Below, in pieces: positions 9,740-19,341 of a DNA stretch of 64,000 nt. Both the position numbers and the translations under genes were made by a program. Source of the DNA: an uncultured Nitrospiraceae bacterium (lineage in GTDB: Bacteria; Nitrospirota; Nitrospiria; Nitrospirales; Nitrospiraceae); the NCBI GenBank assembly GCA_963846575.1, contig CAWJWJ010000002.1:1920001-1984000 (forward strand), written 5' to 3'. The stretch's first letter is position 1. Each line of letters starts with the position of its first letter. The notes under the pieces are model-generated. The model was not told where the DNA came from. It saw nothing but the letters and a program-made list of their open reading frames with translations, and did no database searches.

Positions 9740-10726
9740 TCATGCAGAGGCGAGACGCAGACGTTCCGGAGGCGGCATGCGCTGCAGCACATAATCGATC
9801 GACAACATCAGTCGCTTAGTTCTACAACGGGCCGCTTTGTGGAAGCAGCTGGTCTCCTCAAAGAACACCGTGCCGGGAGGACCAAGAATCATCGTAATCT
9901 GGTCGCCGAACTTTTTTTGAGCCAGTTTGTCACTCAGGATAATGTGGCAGATGTCATAGAAACTTTTAGTCTTGTGGGTATTTTTGATCACCACGTGCGG
10001 ACCTGAATCAGGCTCCACATCAGTCAGATAAATGAAGACGGTCAGAGATTTGTAATCCAACGTGTCATAGTGGAATGCATCACTATCATACTGGACGGGC
10101 TCCGGATGAAGGGACGATAATATTGCGCGTTGTTCGAGCGCAGTCCCGAACGACCACCGCAACTGAGTCAACCATAAGATAGGCTCGGCACCCAGGTATT
10201 GCCTCGCGATTTCCACCACGGTCGTGTCACGGGCAAGTCGATCGATCGCCGCACAGTCCCTGTGTGGGTTCCAATATTTCTGCAGTTTAGTGTGTTCACA
10301 ATAGCTAAGAATCTCCGCGACGTAGTTCGCGGGAATTTGCCCGGCCTCGGCATAACCTTCTCTCTCCACGGATTCAACGATGTGTGCGACATCGACCTGG
10401 GAGAAGATCCCCGTCTTGGCGATTGAGGGCTGGGCATCGGCAGCGGTTCGGTAATAGCGAACGGCCAACCGTCTGAAGGGACCTAACACCCACCACCCCC
10501 GGACGACCTGTGTGGAACGGAGCAACCAGCGCTGTTTGTGCAGATAAATCCTCAATGCATAATAGGCGCGAGAGGAGGCCGACCTGAGGCTGGTGAAGCC
10601 AAGTCTTCTCCTGACATGGACCCGTTCGCGCCTGCTCCTCCCCGGCTCCTGCTCCCCTGGTATGTCGGCAGTTCTTCTCATAGGACATGCCTCCCGGTCG
10701 CTTAACCTGTGCAGAATAGCTGTCAC
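9740..10726 (-). CDS. Fe(II)/2-oxoglutarate dioxygenase, PhyH-like (start may be 10681)
   Basis: FHYD...VFIYLTDV..DSGPH....TH...G.PGT.FF....FHKA HxD...H facial-triad pattern. Confidence 0.7.
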   Translation of the reverse strand: MTAILHRLSDREACPMRRTADIPGEQEPGRSRRERVHVRRRLGFTSLRSASSRAYYALRIYLHKQRWLLRSTQVVRGWWVLGPFRRLAVRYYRTAADAQPSIAKTGIFSQVDVAHIVESVEREGYAEAGQIPANYVAEILSYCEHTKLQKYWNPHRDCAAIDRLARDTTVVEIARQYLGAEPILWLTQLRWSFGTALEQRAILSSLHPEPVQYDSDAFHYDTLDYKSLTVFIYLTDVEPDSGPHVVIKNTHKTKSFYDICHIILSDKLAQKKFGDQITMILGPPGTVFFEETSCFHKAARCRTKRLMLSIDYVLQRMPPPERLRLASA

Positions 10727-10735
10727 ATCGGCCTG

Positions 10736-11005
10736 TCAGGGCCAGACGTCCATCAACACACCTCCACCGGCTACATCGGATATTTTGACCTCCTCAGCTA
10801 CAACTTGCGCCTCGGATAGTCCCAGGGTAATCCCCCCGTTGCCGATCTCAAAATTGTCCCATGCCAGACGAGCGACGTGGCCTGTATGGATCACGACCAG
10901 GTCCACATAATTGATTTGCCTGGTCACGGAATCAAGAATGAGTCGTTTAATCAGTCCCCACTCTTCGCCCGCCCGGTTGTTCACAATCCAGTTGTCGGTT
11001 CCCAT
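10736..11005 (-). CDS. Small PRC-barrel-like protein
   Basis: VNNRAGEEWGLIKRLILDSVTRQINYV resembles the PRC consensus V....GE.LG.I..l.lD...G.I.Y; GGAGG RBS before ATG at 11005. Confidence 0.6.
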   Translation of the reverse strand: MGTDNWIVNNRAGEEWGLIKRLILDSVTRQINYVDLVVIHTGHVARLAWDNFEIGNGGITLGLSEAQVVAEEVKISDVAGGGVLMDVWP

Positions 11006-11178
11006 AGGCCTCCCTCCTGTACCGCTGCTTCGTGCTTCACGATAGTAAAATTGATTGCCGGCCCTGGCACGGTCCCTCCAGACGGAAAGCCACACCGGCG
11101 GAGAAAACGACACTCCGGCGTGTCATTATTTGGTCAGAACAAGCTGTTCACCGCCGAATGTGAAACTCTTCCGGTGGG

Positions 11179-13526
11179 TCACGCGCGATGAGCCTGAAGT
11201 TGGGCATACTCGTAGAGATAGGAAGGCAACGATTGGCTGTTGACGGCATTGAGAACAACATGAAGGGGTTTGTTGCTCCTCAACGAAACAACAGCCCGTT
11301 TGACCACGTCATGGGGCGTCGAGTTGGCCCGCACGACGAGGAGCAGCACGTCCGCATGCCTCGCCAATACATTCATGGTTGCCTGAGGGAGAATCGGGGG
11401 GTGTTGAGAATGATGTAATCGAATCGATTCCGGAGGATTTCAAACAAATGGGTCAATCGTTCGGTCTTCAGTAGCTCTGTCGAATGTACGATCGAATTGC
11501 CGACCGGCATGATCCAGCATGGCACCTCACCGCATCCAACCATGCAGGAGTCGATGTCGAGATCCTTCGTGAGATAGTCCGCGAGGCCCCACTCCGGAGT
11601 CTGGTCCGCAAACTGTTGCAATCCAGGGCACTTGAAATCGCAGTCGATCAGGAGGACACGTTTCCCTAAATCGCGCGCCATCGTATAGCCGAGGTTGATG
11701 ACCGTTGTCGTTTTCCCCTCCCCTTTCACTGCGCTCGTAACGGCAATCACGGGAGACCATTCATTCGTGCCCAGCATCGACAATCGGGTCGCGGCGACTC
11801 GATACTGTTCCGAGACGATCGCGTTGGGCATCCATTTGGACACGAAGCTGCGATCGAACGAGTGGCCGTTCGTTCCATTCGTCATGCTGTCGCCCGGCTG
11901 CACAGGCAAAAGACCTTGTACCGGGAGGTGGTTGTGCGATCGAGCGCCGCGCCCGAACGAATAACTTGGAATGAAGCGCCGCCAGTTTGAATAGGCATAC
12001 TCCAAGGCGAAATCCGGAATGGCGGCCAACAACTGCGGACCGAACATCAACTCGACATCTTCAGGGCGGCGGAACTGCGGATTCAATTGTTCGAGTAACA
12101 CCGCCAGTCCGACGCCGGCTGCGCAACCCATCAGGAAGCCGAGCATCATGATGCGGGGTCGGTTCGGCCGCTCCGGGACACGCGGGAACTTCGGGCTTTC
12201 GAGAATTTTCAGGTGCGCGCCCTTATGCCGCTTTTCCAGATTCTCCGCAACGGAGGCATGCAGCCGCTTATCCAGAAGGGACTGATAACTGCCCTTCAGA
12301 TTTTCATAGTCTCGCATCAGGGTCAGCAGGCTCTGCTCGACGGCGGGGGCTGTTTCCACGCGGCTGTCATACTCTTGTTTCTCCTCCCGAAGCATTTGCT
12401 GTCGTTGGTTGAGCAGCACCAGCTCGCTTTTGACTTCACTTTTTTGTTTTTTGAGATCTTGGAAATAGGGGTCCTTCGTTTGATCCTTCGAGCCAGTGGG
12501 ATCGGATCCATACTGACGACGAAGTTTCTGCTCAAGCTGGTTGATTTCATCCCTCGTCAACGTGACCTCGGGATAGCCGTCCCAGAATTCAGCCTCCAAT
12601 TGCACGAGCTTGGTTTTCAAATCATTCAATCTTGCAAACGAGGGATTGGGCTGAACCGGACCGTTGACCAATGCGGGAATGGTGAGCCCGAATTCAAGAT
12701 ATTTGCGAATGGCGTTGTCCAGCAACGCAAGACGATCCGATTGACGATGAATGTTTTCGTTCACCAGATTGAGTTGATCGTGCAAGCGATCCAGCGCCCG
12801 CAGATTGGCCTCAGTCTGCTGAGGCAGCTGCCCGACGTGTTGTGACTTGAACAGACTGATCTCCTCCTCCTTCTGGCTGAGCTGCATCCGAGTCCGTTGG
12901 ACTTCGTTGTCTAAGAATTCCGTCGTGCCTTCCGCAGCCTGCGTGCGGTCTTTCATGTCTTCATCGATCAACATTGCGGCAATCTTTGAAATGACGTTCA
13001 TCGCGGTGGCCGGATCTTCATGCGCAAAAGAGACCGTAAAGGCTCCAATGGTATTCTGGCCAGGTATGTTTCCCTTGTTCACCGTCATGACCTCGAGCGA
13101 CTCATTCATTTTGAGAAGCGCCCATTCCGGTCCGAATTCTTCCACCTGCGCCGGGTAGAGATTGAGTTCCTTGCGGACCCTCTCGAGACGGGACCGATTC
13201 CGAACCTGCGTCTCGATCACAAAAATGCGTCGGTCAAAATTACTGTTACCCTCGGCATTGGCCTGGACATAGTTTTCCGGGACCTTCTGATCTTCAATAA
13301 GAATCAGCGTATCGGAGCGGTACACCTTGGTCGCCATCTTGGCATACACCAAGGACACTCCCAACGAGACCGCCACCGCCCCGATAAGAATCCATTTTCT
13401 GCGCAGGACCATGCCCCAATACTCATGGAGCAGACTGACAGCGGAATTCCCACTTTGAGACGTGATACCCGGTTGAACCATAGCCTCCACCTTCTGTGTT
13501 GCTGGTACGCTACTATTAAATATCAT
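11179..13526 (-). pseudogene. wzc: Wzc-like polysaccharide co-polymerase/BY-kinase, frameshifted near the C-terminus (ORFs 11373-13526 and 11179-11376)
   Basis: Wzz N-terminal TM, coiled coil, P..P..P + TM, Walker A SAVKGEGKTT, A' LIDCD. Adding one C to the C6 run (11396-11401) joins the ORFs as IILNTPPILPQATMNVLARHADVLLLVV...PSYLYEY. May be a sequencing error rather than a true pseudogene. Confidence 0.85.
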
Positions 13527-16168
13527 TTATGGGCCGGACCCACGACCTTACGACCAGCCATGTCCGTGAGCCCGTCAGGCGTGAGGGAGGCCTCGATTGC
13601 CCCCAATTGTTGCGACCCCGAATAGACTGGCTCTTCTTCGACCCAATCCGCCTTCGCGACATCCATACCCTCCCCGGTGTCAGGGGTCCGGAAATCAGGC
13701 ACAAGCTCGTGCAGACGTTCAATGGCCTTCGCGGTATTGTTCAGATAGGCGGCCGCTTCCATGGCCATCATCATTTCCGGCACTTTGCTCACATCGATCT
13801 TGCTGATCCGCCGAATTCGCATGATCTTCCCCAGGGCCGAATGTTCTGCTATCTCGTCTGTTCCGATGAGTTCTTCGTACAGCTTTTCGCCTGGTCTAAG
13901 GCCGACAAAACGGATGGGAATCTCCCCCCCCGGCACAAAGCCGGACAAACGAATCAGATTGCGCGCGAGGTCGAGCACCTTAATTTGCTCACCCATATCC
14001 AAGACATAGGTTGCCCCCTGCTCTCCCAGCGTGGCGGCTTGTAGCACGAGATGAACAGCCTCGGGTATCAGCATGAAGTACCGACGAATGTCGGGATGGG
14101 TGACGGTCACAGGACCACCGGCTCGGATTTGCTCCTGAAACCGTAACAACACGCTGCCGTTGCTGCCCAGGACATTTCCGAAACGAACGGTCAGAAACCG
14201 CGTGGCGCTCCGTTCCGCCATCTCTTGAACCACGAGCTCAGCCACTCGTTTGGTGGCCCCCATCACACTGGAGGGGTTTACGGCTTTGTCCGTCGAAATA
14301 AGGACAAACCGTTCGACGCCGCAGCGGTCGGCTGTTTCGGCGGCAATTCGCGTCCCGATACAGTTATTCTTCAGCGCCTCGGCCGGGTTCAGTTCCACGA
14401 GCGGAACATGTTTATGCGCGGCCGCATGAAAGACGATGGCGGGCCGATATCGAGTCATCGTCGCAGCGAGCCGCCGCCGGTCGGTCACGTCGCCCAGCAC
14501 TAGATGAATGAGCGACGACAAGCCGCGATCGTCCAGTTCTTTCCCGATCGTGTACAGGCTGTTCTCGTGCCGCTCATAGAGCACGACCGCTTCCGGTCCC
14601 ATGGCGGAGACTTGACGCGCCAGCTCTGATCCGATGGAACCCCCGGCGCCAGTGATCAACACTCGCCGACCCGCCACCATATTGACCATCACATCGGTGT
14701 TCATATGGACCGGCGCACGCGACAGCAGGTCCTCCACCGCGACACTTCGGATCTGACTCACCACGCTCCGATCGCCCAGGAGATCGTGCATGCTCGGGAG
14801 TATCTTGACGGACACCTTGAACGTGCCAAGCGCGGCCATGATCTGACGCAAGACGTCGGGCGTGGTTTGTGGCATTGCCAGAACCACCTCGTCCGGATGC
14901 TCAACGGCAAGAATGCGCCCCAAATCGGCGCGCGTCCCGAGAACTTTCACCCCGTGGATTCGTTTGTGGCGAAGCGACGTGCGGTCATCGATGAAGCCGA
15001 TAGGCTGATAGCGTGAGGTCGTACTCAGCTTCATCTCTCGTACGACTCGCTCGCCTCGATCGCCGGCACCGACGACCAAGACGGTTCTCTTCGGACGATA
15101 AATTACCGCTTCCCGCAGCATGCGCCGCGGGAGCCGCATGCCAACCGCCAATCCGATGAGCAGAATCGCATCGGTGATGAAGATGGAGCGCGGGTATTCC
15201 ATCACCTTCATGCCCCAATAGACCCATCCGTACAAGAGGCCCGTGCTCGTCATCACGCCGATGACGATGTTCTGCAAATCCCACAGGCTGGTGTATCGCC
15301 ACAGTCCCTCATTGAGACGGAAGATAAAGAACGCGGCGCTACGGATCGCCACCAGCCACGGTAGCACCAGCACGAAGGTCCTCCACTCCGAGTCCGGAAT
15401 GCTCCCATCGAATCGGAGCAAGAACGCGAGATAATTCGCCAGGATCATCATGCCGATATCAAGGGCGACGATGAGCGGGCGCCTCCATTTCATAATTGCC
15501 GTGATCACCCGGGGGCCCAGGTCTGATGTTTGGGAAGGCCGAATGACCCGAAGCTCCGGCAGTTCACAGACCACCAGAGGAATCTTCAGCAGGCAAAGGA
15601 TGGTTTGGGTGACAATCGCCAGATCCAGGATCGTCGAGGCATGCCGGACGTAGAATTTCGCCAGTTTGATTTTCTCCGGCAACACGACGCTGAGATACTC
15701 GTCGTCGGGGTTTGCCGCAGCGGCGAGCACCGCCGACTCATCGATATACTTCAACGACGCGAGATCGGTCAGGCCGGGCCGCACGGTCAGAATCTCGGCA
15801 TAGTCTTCCGCAAACGCGTCCACATAACGCGGCACCTCCGGCCTTGGACCCACCAGACTCATGTCGCCCGTCACGATGTTCCAGAGTTGCGGCAATTCAT
15901 CGATCTTATACTTCCGCAAGACTCTGCCTACCGCCGTAACCCGTGGATCCTGCCCTACAGTCAACTGACCACCCTGTGAGGGCGCATCCACCGTCATCGT
16001 GCGAAACTTCACAATCCCAAATGGTCTTTGGTTTCGACCCACCCGGTTCTGCCTGAAGAACACCGGCCCCGCCGAGTCGAGCTTGATCAAAACCGCGGCC
16101 AGAATCCACAGCGGCCAACTGAGGGATATCCCGATGAGTGCCCCGATTATGTCGATGGTTCGTTTCAT
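13523..16168 (-). CDS. Fused PglC/WcaJ-type phosphoglycosyl transferase and CapD/PglF-type UDP-GlcNAc 4,6-dehydratase
   Basis: N-terminal KRTIDI...KFRTM...DELPQLWN..GDMSLVGPRPE; C-terminal TGAGGSIGSEL, HAAAHKHVP, STDKAV.P..VMGATK, VRFGNVLGS.GSV, GLRPGEKLYEEL; ATGA overlap sets the start at 16168. Confidence 0.92.
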   Translation of the reverse strand: MKRTIDIIGALIGISLSWPLWILAAVLIKLDSAGPVFFRQNRVGRNQRPFGIVKFRTMTVDAPSQGGQLTVGQDPRVTAVGRVLRKYKIDELPQLWNIVTGDMSLVGPRPEVPRYVDAFAEDYAEILTVRPGLTDLASLKYIDESAVLAAAANPDDEYLSVVLPEKIKLAKFYVRHASTILDLAIVTQTILCLLKIPLVVCELPELRVIRPSQTSDLGPRVITAIMKWRRPLIVALDIGMMILANYLAFLLRFDGSIPDSEWRTFVLVLPWLVAIRSAAFFIFRLNEGLWRYTSLWDLQNIVIGVMTSTGLLYGWVYWGMKVMEYPRSIFITDAILLIGLAVGMRLPRRMLREAVIYRPKRTVLVVGAGDRGERVVREMKLSTTSRYQPIGFIDDRTSLRHKRIHGVKVLGTRADLGRILAVEHPDEVVLAMPQTTPDVLRQIMAALGTFKVSVKILPSMHDLLGDRSVVSQIRSVAVEDLLSRAPVHMNTDVMVNMVAGRRVLITGAGGSIGSELARQVSAMGPEAVVLYERHENSLYTIGKELDDRGLSSLIHLVLGDVTDRRRLAATMTRYRPAIVFHAAAHKHVPLVELNPAEALKNNCIGTRIAAETADRCGVERFVLISTDKAVNPSSVMGATKRVAELVVQEMAERSATRFLTVRFGNVLGSNGSVLLRFQEQIRAGGPVTVTHPDIRRYFMLIPEAVHLVLQAATLGEQGATYVLDMGEQIKVLDLARNLIRLSGFVPGGEIPIRFVGLRPGEKLYEELIGTDEIAEHSALGKIMRIRRISKIDVSKVPEMMMAMEAAAYLNNTAKAIERLHELVPDFRTPDTGEGMDVAKADWVEEEPVYSGSQQLGAIEASLTPDGLTDMAGRKVVGPAHK

Positions 16169-17325
16169 GATTGCCTGAACTCGCGGACGACTTCTCGTAC
16201 CACCTCGATCGTGCGGAAGACGTCCGCGTCCGACATTCTGGAGTACAATGGAAGGGACAGCATTCGGTCGAACGCGCGGCTCGCAACTGGGAATTCGGCG
16301 TTGTCGTATCCCCAGGTCCGTCGATAGTACGGATGCTTGTGGAGGGGGATAAAGTGCACGCTGCAACCGATCTGGCGTTCCTGCATCCGTTCAATGAACT
16401 CTTGCCGTCCGATGCGCAGCCGGTCCAGGTCGAGTTGGATCACGTACAGATGCCAGGCATGCTGCACGCCATCCACGGTTGACGGCGTGACGATTTCAGG
16501 AAGATCCCGGAATCCCTCCGTATACAACGCGGCAAATCGCTCCCGTTCCTTCAAAAATCGTTCGGCTTTCTGCAGCTGCGACAGGCCTAAAGCAGCCGCC
16601 ATGTCTGTCAAATTGTACTTAAACCCTGGTGCCACAATTTCGTAATACCAAGACCCTTGATTGGTGTACCGCTTCCAGGCATCACGACTCAGCCCATGCA
16701 AGCTCATTCTGCGCATACGATCCGCCCATTCAGGATCGTCCGTCGTCACCATGCCGCCTTCACCGGTCGTAATATTTTTGGTGGCATAAAACGAAAAGCA
16801 CGTGAAGTCACCGATGCTCCCGATCGGCCGTCCTTCATAAGAGGCGGGAAATGCATGGGCCGCATCCTCCACGACACGGAGGTCATGCCGTCGGGCAATT
16901 TCGAGAATCGGTGCCATGTCGCAGGGCTGACCGGCAAAATGAACGGGGATGATCGCCTTGGTTCTTGGAGTAATGGCCTGCTCAATCAGAGCGGGATCCA
17001 TATTCAACGTGCCGGGGAGGCAGTCAATCAGCACCGGCTTGGCGTTGAAATAGGTAACGACCTCGGCCGTGGCCGCAAACGTCATCGTGGGGACGATGAC
17101 CTCATGGCCTTCACGAAGCCCTATCGCCTCCAGTGCCAGATGCAAGGCCGCAGTGCAGGAATTCAGGGCCACCGCATACCGTGCTCCGACCTTCGCCGCA
17201 AACTCTTGTTCGAACTGTCTGGCCTTGCTCCCCGTCGTCAACCACCCTGATCGGAGCACCCCCACGACAGCTGCGATATCCTCGTCATCAATGTCCGGAA
17301 CATGAAACGGAAGATAGTCGGCCAT
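16165..17325 (-). CDS. DegT/DnrJ/EryC1/StrS sugar aminotransferase
   Basis: SGWLTTG, NSCTAALHL, EDAAHA, FSFYATKNITTGEGG motifs; start refined to MADYLPF. Confidence 0.93.
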   Translation of the reverse strand: MADYLPFHVPDIDDEDIAAVVGVLRSGWLTTGSKARQFEQEFAAKVGARYAVALNSCTAALHLALEAIGLREGHEVIVPTMTFAATAEVVTYFNAKPVLIDCLPGTLNMDPALIEQAITPRTKAIIPVHFAGQPCDMAPILEIARRHDLRVVEDAAHAFPASYEGRPIGSIGDFTCFSFYATKNITTGEGGMVTTDDPEWADRMRRMSLHGLSRDAWKRYTNQGSWYYEIVAPGFKYNLTDMAAALGLSQLQKAERFLKERERFAALYTEGFRDLPEIVTPSTVDGVQHAWHLYVIQLDLDRLRIGRQEFIERMQERQIGCSVHFIPLHKHPYYRRTWGYDNAEFPVASRAFDRMLSLPLYSRMSDADVFRTIEVVREVVREFRQS

Positions 17326-17468
17326 GCTGAAACTCCTCTCAGATAACAGAGCAATCGGAAGTGGATAGTTCCCGGAGAGACTCAGGTACGCTTGGAATGT
17401 TCTTCGACCCGTCGGGGAACGGACGACCCGTCTGTGGCATGTGAGGCTGCGACGACTGACCAGGCGAC

Positions 17469-18461
17469 TCAAGAGGTCGCGGGCAGTAGCCACACGACGA
17501 TACGTGCAAGCGCCAGCACGCTCACGCCGCCGAGCGAAACCAAGATCGCTTTGGGACGGTCCCCTGGGTGCGCACGGCCTGTGGTCTGGAGAGACGCAAG
17601 GGCATCACCTTGTTTCCATTTGAGCCCGCCCCACAACAACAGAGGCATCGTGAGGCCATAGATTGTATAGCTGAACACACGATGGTCAGTGCCCTCAGCG
17701 ATGCCGACGTAATTGCCGACGATCACGCCGTAGGCACGGATTCCATTGGCCACCATGAGCACCACTGCGCACACGATCAAAAATAGAATGCGGCGTGAAG
17801 GCTGACGATAGGTCAGGGCGGCAAAGGCATAGGCCAAGGACAGGCCGGGAAGCAAATAGCGCAGTCCCCCGCAGTCAGGGGCAACTTCCCAGACGGCTGA
17901 GCCGACCGTGATGTGATAGTCCCCATACACAGAAGTGATGCCGGAAAGATCAAGACCGACGAGGATAAGCCAGGCGGTGATGTCCTGTAGCCAGGGTGTG
18001 AGGGCCGTCCCGACAGGAACCATAAAAAACAGGAACCCCAGCGGCCAGGACAAGGTCCGGGTGATGTCCGTTCCATAGACCGTTAACACCATACCGGGAA
18101 AGGATGAGACTACTGCAGCCTGTTGCAGCCACGGGAGATGGGCCACATTCCCTGCGACCCATCCGCTCCCCGAGAGCAGAAGTGCCACGAGACCCCAGGC
18201 ACTCGAGACCGGCGTCAGGGAGCCCAGCTTCTGGCGATAGGACCAGACAAGATACCCTGTGGCTGGCAACACGAGAAACCCGTGCGCAAAGGTTCGAGAA
18301 CTTTCCCAGACATCGATCATGGATCGAATGGTCGGCCAGAACAGGACGACTACGCACAGCGCGGCGGTGAACAGGAGGAGCCCCGCGGCCTGCCGCTCCG
18401 ACAGATCAGCCCTGCCAGGCGGCAGGACCTGCGTTGGTGCGTCGTTTACGCCAGTTTCCAT
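17469..18461 (-). CDS. xrtA: Exosortase (XrtA-like), without an EpsI domain
   Basis: HGFLVLP, FLFFMVP.G, EVAPDCGGLR (catalytic Cys), ANGIRAY (Arg), DHRVF (His); multiple TM helices. Confidence 0.88.
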   Translation of the reverse strand: METGVNDAPTQVLPPGRADLSERQAAGLLLFTAALCVVVLFWPTIRSMIDVWESSRTFAHGFLVLPATGYLVWSYRQKLGSLTPVSSAWGLVALLLSGSGWVAGNVAHLPWLQQAAVVSSFPGMVLTVYGTDITRTLSWPLGFLFFMVPVGTALTPWLQDITAWLILVGLDLSGITSVYGDYHITVGSAVWEVAPDCGGLRYLLPGLSLAYAFAALTYRQPSRRILFLIVCAVVLMVANGIRAYGVIVGNYVGIAEGTDHRVFSYTIYGLTMPLLLWGGLKWKQGDALASLQTTGRAHPGDRPKAILVSLGGVSVLALARIVVWLLPATS

Positions 18462-18703
18462 ATATCGGCCTTCAGGATGACTGCTGGTGGGAGAACGATA
18501 CAAGAACTCTTACCGGAACGAGTGCACGGGAGTCGGGAGCGGACGGAAGGGAATGGAGTTGAAAACCGCGTCGATGAATGTCTTGTGCGCTGGGTGGTGG
18601 AGGAACGAATGACCTATCCAGGGCCTCACGCAATCCGGAACCGTCGAGATGAGAACTAACCAAAACCAATGCACAGGGCGCCTGGAGGAAGGGAAGCGGC
18701 AGG

Positions 18704-18735
18704 CCCACCCGCCGCGAGACTACGCGGCGGGTGAG
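18704..18735. other. Strong GC-rich hairpin between the PEP-CTERM gene and the exosortase
   Basis: CCCACCCGCCGCG-AGACTA-CGCGGCGGGTGAG, a 13-bp stem on the minus transcript (one G-U pair); no U-tract follows. Confidence 0.65.
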
Positions 18736-18812
18736 GCGCGACCTGTGCGCTGATTGCACAAACAAAAACAAATTACACGATGTCTCACCAGAGACTTTGC
18801 TGCCGAGGGACC

Positions 18813-19106
18813 TTACCTGCGCGACTGAACCGCGCGCCAGGCTGCAAGGCCGGCAAATCCCAGACCGAACGCCAGCAGTGTCCCGGGAACAGGAACGGAT
18901 CCGCCGTTGTTGCCTCCGTTATTTCCGCCATTTAAGTTTCCTAACCAATTTATGAGCCACGCCGGTAGCTCTGCCATATGTCCTGCTTTTCCGATTGCGG
19001 CGAGAGAGGTTGGATGCACGGCACCTTCAAACGCAGCCGCCGGTGAAACGAATGCCCCGACGGAAAGAACAAGCGCAAATACTCCCACTGATGCAAGACG
19101 CAACAT
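18813..19106 (-). CDS. Miniature secreted PEP-CTERM-type sorting-signal protein
   Basis: Signal peptide (..SPAAA|F), short mature region, GGNN repeat linker, VPVPGTLLAFGLGFAGLAAWR...RR tail; directly upstream of the exosortase. Confidence 0.85.
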   Translation of the reverse strand: MLRLASVGVFALVLSVGAFVSPAAAFEGAVHPTSLAAIGKAGHMAELPAWLINWLGNLNGGNNGGNNGGSVPVPGTLLAFGLGFAGLAAWRAVQSRR

Positions 19107-19233
19107 AGGGTCTCTCCTTTCATTAAAGTGAACTCAGCACATCTGACCCACCACCCGATCCATCCATGACTCCGTTCAGTCCTCCCGAATATTGCGCCGT
19201 GGCGCCCGGTCCTGAACGGTGTCCAGGGATCGG

Positions 19234-19262
19234 ATTATCCTGCCATGAGCGTTTCACGTCAA
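19234..19262 (-). promoter_or_regulatory. Sigma70-type promoter for the PEP-CTERM/exosortase unit
   Basis: TTGACG-N17-GATAAT on the minus strand. Confidence 0.7.
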
Positions 19263-19341
19263 GTGATATTATAGTGTTACTACTTAGTTATAGATGCCCG
19301 CACACTTTGACGCTCGACCCGGACCGTGGCCCTGAGTTGAC

